IMG/VR virus record: IMGVR_UViG_3300017978_000163
Span: 1-39,431 of that record
Source: a virus
Length of the DNA stretch: 39,431 nt
Direction: 5' to 3' (one strand)
Each line of letters opens with the position of its first letter. Positions within the stretch are counted from its first letter, which is position 1. The notes beneath the pieces are model-generated. The model searched no databases. It saw only the letters and a list, made by a program, of their open reading frames with translations, and had not been told where the DNA came from. Below are positions 37,616-39,431 of this stretch, piece by piece. The position numbers and the translations under genes were made by a program.

Positions 37616-38416
37616 ATGACTGATGAAGTCCAAAACTTAGCGGAAGCAGACTCCGCGACAGCAACCGGGGTGACGGCCACCACGGACAACGCTTTGAATT
37701 CGCCGGTAGTCGCTGATAACGGAACTGAGCAAACAGCCGAAGAGAAGAAATTCTCCCAAGCCGAACTCGATTCGATGATTGGCAAGCGCCTCGCAAGAGA
37801 ACAGCGCAAATGGGAACGTGAGCAGCAAGCTAAGCAAGCGGAAACGCAAGCTCGGCAGTCGGTGCCCAAGGAACTCCCGCCTGTGGATCAATTTGAGTCC
37901 CCTGAAGCCTATGCGGAAGCATTGGCGATGAAGCGGGCCGAAGAAATGCTTCACCAGCGCGAACTTCAGAAGCAACAAGCTGCGATTGAGGACACCTACG
38001 CAGAGCGTGAGGAAGAAGCGCGGAGCAAGTACGACGACTTTGAACAAGTCGCCTACAACCCCCAGCTTCGAGTCACCGATGTGATGGCTGAAACAATCAA
38101 AAGCTCCGATCTTGGACCCGATCTGGCCTATTGGCTAGGTAGTAACCCCAAGGAAGCTGATCGCATTTCTCGTCTGTCGCCGCTGTTGCAAGCGCGTGAA
38201 ATCGGAAAGATCGAAGCCAAAATTGGTGCCGAGCCTTTCCAAAAGAAAACTTCGTCCGCGCCTGAACCGATTCGTCCGGTAACCGCCCGTGCTGTCAACC
38301 CCGGTGTCACTGACACCACCGATCCTCGTGCTGTAAAAACCATGAGTACCTCGGACTGGATTGCTGCCGAGCGCCAACGACAAATCGACAAGGCAAAGGC
38401 ACTCCGCAACCGCTAA
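37616..38416 (+). CDS. Scaffolding protein
   Basis: It lies immediately upstream of the coat gene. It is highly charged and helical (FSQAELDSMIGKRLAREQRKWEREQQAKQAETQ) with an acidic N-terminus. Confidence 0.7.
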   Translation: MTDEVQNLAEADSATATGVTATTDNALNSPVVADNGTEQTAEEKKFSQAELDSMIGKRLAREQRKWEREQQAKQAETQARQSVPKELPPVDQFESPEAYAEALAMKRAEEMLHQRELQKQQAAIEDTYAEREEEARSKYDDFEQVAYNPQLRVTDVMAETIKSSDLGPDLAYWLGSNPKEADRISRLSPLLQAREIGKIEAKIGAEPFQKKTSSAPEPIRPVTARAVNPGVTDTTDPRAVKTMSTSDWIAAERQRQIDKAKALRNR

Positions 38417-38430
38417 ATTAGGAACTCATC

Positions 38431-39431
38431 ATGAGCAACAGTCTCTTAACCATTGACATGATCACCCGCAAGTCTCTCGAAATCCTCGAGAACAACTTGG
38501 TGATCACCCGCAACGTGAACCGCCAGTACGACGACAGCTTCGCTGTTGAAGGTGCCAAGATCGGTTCTACACTGCGTATCCGTTTGCCCGACCGCGCTCT
38601 GGTCACTGACGGTGCCGCCCTGCAAGTTCAGGACGACAACGAACAGTTCACCACTCTGACTGTCTCCAGCCAGAAGCACATCGGCATCAACTTCACATCC
38701 GCTGAATTGACCATGCAGTTGGACGACTTCGCAGAGCGTGTCTTGAAGCCACGTATCAGCCAGTTGGCCTCCACCGTGGATGCTGACGTTGCCAACGCAT
38801 ACCGTTTGATCGGTAACTCTGTCGGCACCCCCGGCCAAGCACCTGCCACCGCTTTGGTGCTGTTGCAAGCCCAGCAGAAGCTGAACGAGAACGCCGCTAC
38901 CATGTCGCCTCGCTACGCTACTGTGAACCCTGCCGCCAACGCTGGCTTGGTCAACGGTCTGTCTGGTTTCTTCAACCCCACCGATGTCATCTCGCGCCAG
39001 TTCAAGAACGGCATGATGGGTGAGCAAGTGTTGGGCTACGAAGAAGTCAACATGAGCCAGTCGATCAAGGTTCACACCTGCGGTACCCGTGCTGCCACTG
39101 GCAACACGACCGGCGCTGCTGTGACCGCTGAAGGTGCAACCACTCTGACGTTGACCGTCGGTTCTGGTGAAACCATCAACGCTGGTGACGTGTTCACAAT
39201 CGCTGACTGCTTTGCTGCCAACCCACAGACCCGCGAATCCACCGGTTCGCTGTTCCAGTTCGTGGCACTGTCGTCTTCGACCACCAGCACCACCGCTACC
39301 GTGACTGTTGCCCCGATGTACTCGGCCAGCAACGCTCTGTGTACGATGGTGTCGTTGCCCGCTACCAGCAAGGCTGTCGTGTTCGTTGGTGCTGCTTCGA
39401 CCAGCTACCCACAGAACATGGTGTACCACCG
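38431..39431 (+). CDS. Major capsid protein, 5' part (continues as 1..1194 after the wrap)
   Basis: ATG 38431 has an AGGAA SD. From 38437 the sequence is identical to window positions 1 onward, and the frame stays open to the window end. Confidence 0.85.
   Translation, partial: MSNSLLTIDMITRKSLEILENNLVITRNVNRQYDDSFAVEGAKIGSTLRIRLPDRALVTDGAALQVQDDNEQFTTLTVSSQKHIGINFTSAELTMQLDDFAERVLKPRISQLASTVDADVANAYRLIGNSVGTPGQAPATALVLLQAQQKLNENAATMSPRYATVNPAANAGLVNGLSGFFNPTDVISRQFKNGMMGEQVLGYEEVNMSQSIKVHTCGTRAATGNTTGAAVTAEGATTLTLTVGSGETINAGDVFTIADCFAANPQTRESTGSLFQFVALSSSTTSTTATVTVAPMYSASNALCTMVSLPATSKAVVFVGAASTSYPQNMVYH
38437..39431. repeat. Direct repeat copy B, identical to 1..995
   Basis: Same as copy A. 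The repeat boundary lies inside the capsid gene, so it is an assembly or permutation wrap, not a packaged terminal repeat. Confidence 0.95.

Overview
The window holds one complete tailed-phage genome of about 38.4 kb plus a 995-bp re-read of its own start. Positions 1..995 are identical to 38437..39431, so the unit length is 38436 bp. This points to a circular or circularly permuted (headful-type) assembly rather than physical ends, because the repeat cuts through the capsid gene.

The genome splits into four transcription blocks:
- (i) A rightward morphogenesis and lysis block runs from 32194 across the wrap point to 14995. Its order is TerS, TerL, a small basic protein, a GroES-like protein, a P22-type portal, scaffold, P22-type coat, gp4-like and gp10-like neck proteins, a repeat-rich tail fibre, three ejection-type proteins, a second short tail fibre, a cassette of three paralogous small proteins, membrane proteins, a holin candidate and a GH24 endolysin.
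- (ii) A leftward replication block runs 22458 to 14992. It contains an RHH regulator, a PA-repeat protein, a DUF2800-like nuclease, a DUF2815-like SSB, a family-B-like DNA polymerase, a DUF3310-like protein, VRR-NUC, an SNF2 helicase and a MazG-like NTP-PPase.
- (iii) A rightward PrimPol/DUF3987 primase-helicase gene (22647..25145) ends at a bidirectional terminator.
- (iv) A leftward block of about 25 small early genes runs 31626 to 25174. It contains an AP2-domain protein, an XRE-type HTH protein, a Cys-rich GP88-like protein, a secreted HExxH mini-protein and several tiny membrane proteins.

I found no integrase, tRNA, rRNA, CRISPR array, reverse transcriptase or transposase. All family names come from motif recognition by eye, with no searches run.

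The features most worth follow-up are:
- a dense array of a palindromic 11-mer (ACCCA-N-TGGGT) in the 567-bp ORF-free divergent control region upstream of terS, with operator-like geometry;
- four iteron-like 19-bp direct repeats in an AT-rich patch inside the 3' end of the HTH gene;
- a three-paralog small-protein cassette behind a short tail fibre that shares its C-terminal module and 3' flank with the other fibre gene;
- a P1-Lyz-like Cys-pair endolysin with no SAR domain and no recognisable spanins;
- a strikingly conserved Lys-Gly(-Ala)-stop-ATG junction sequence linking nine consecutive early genes.
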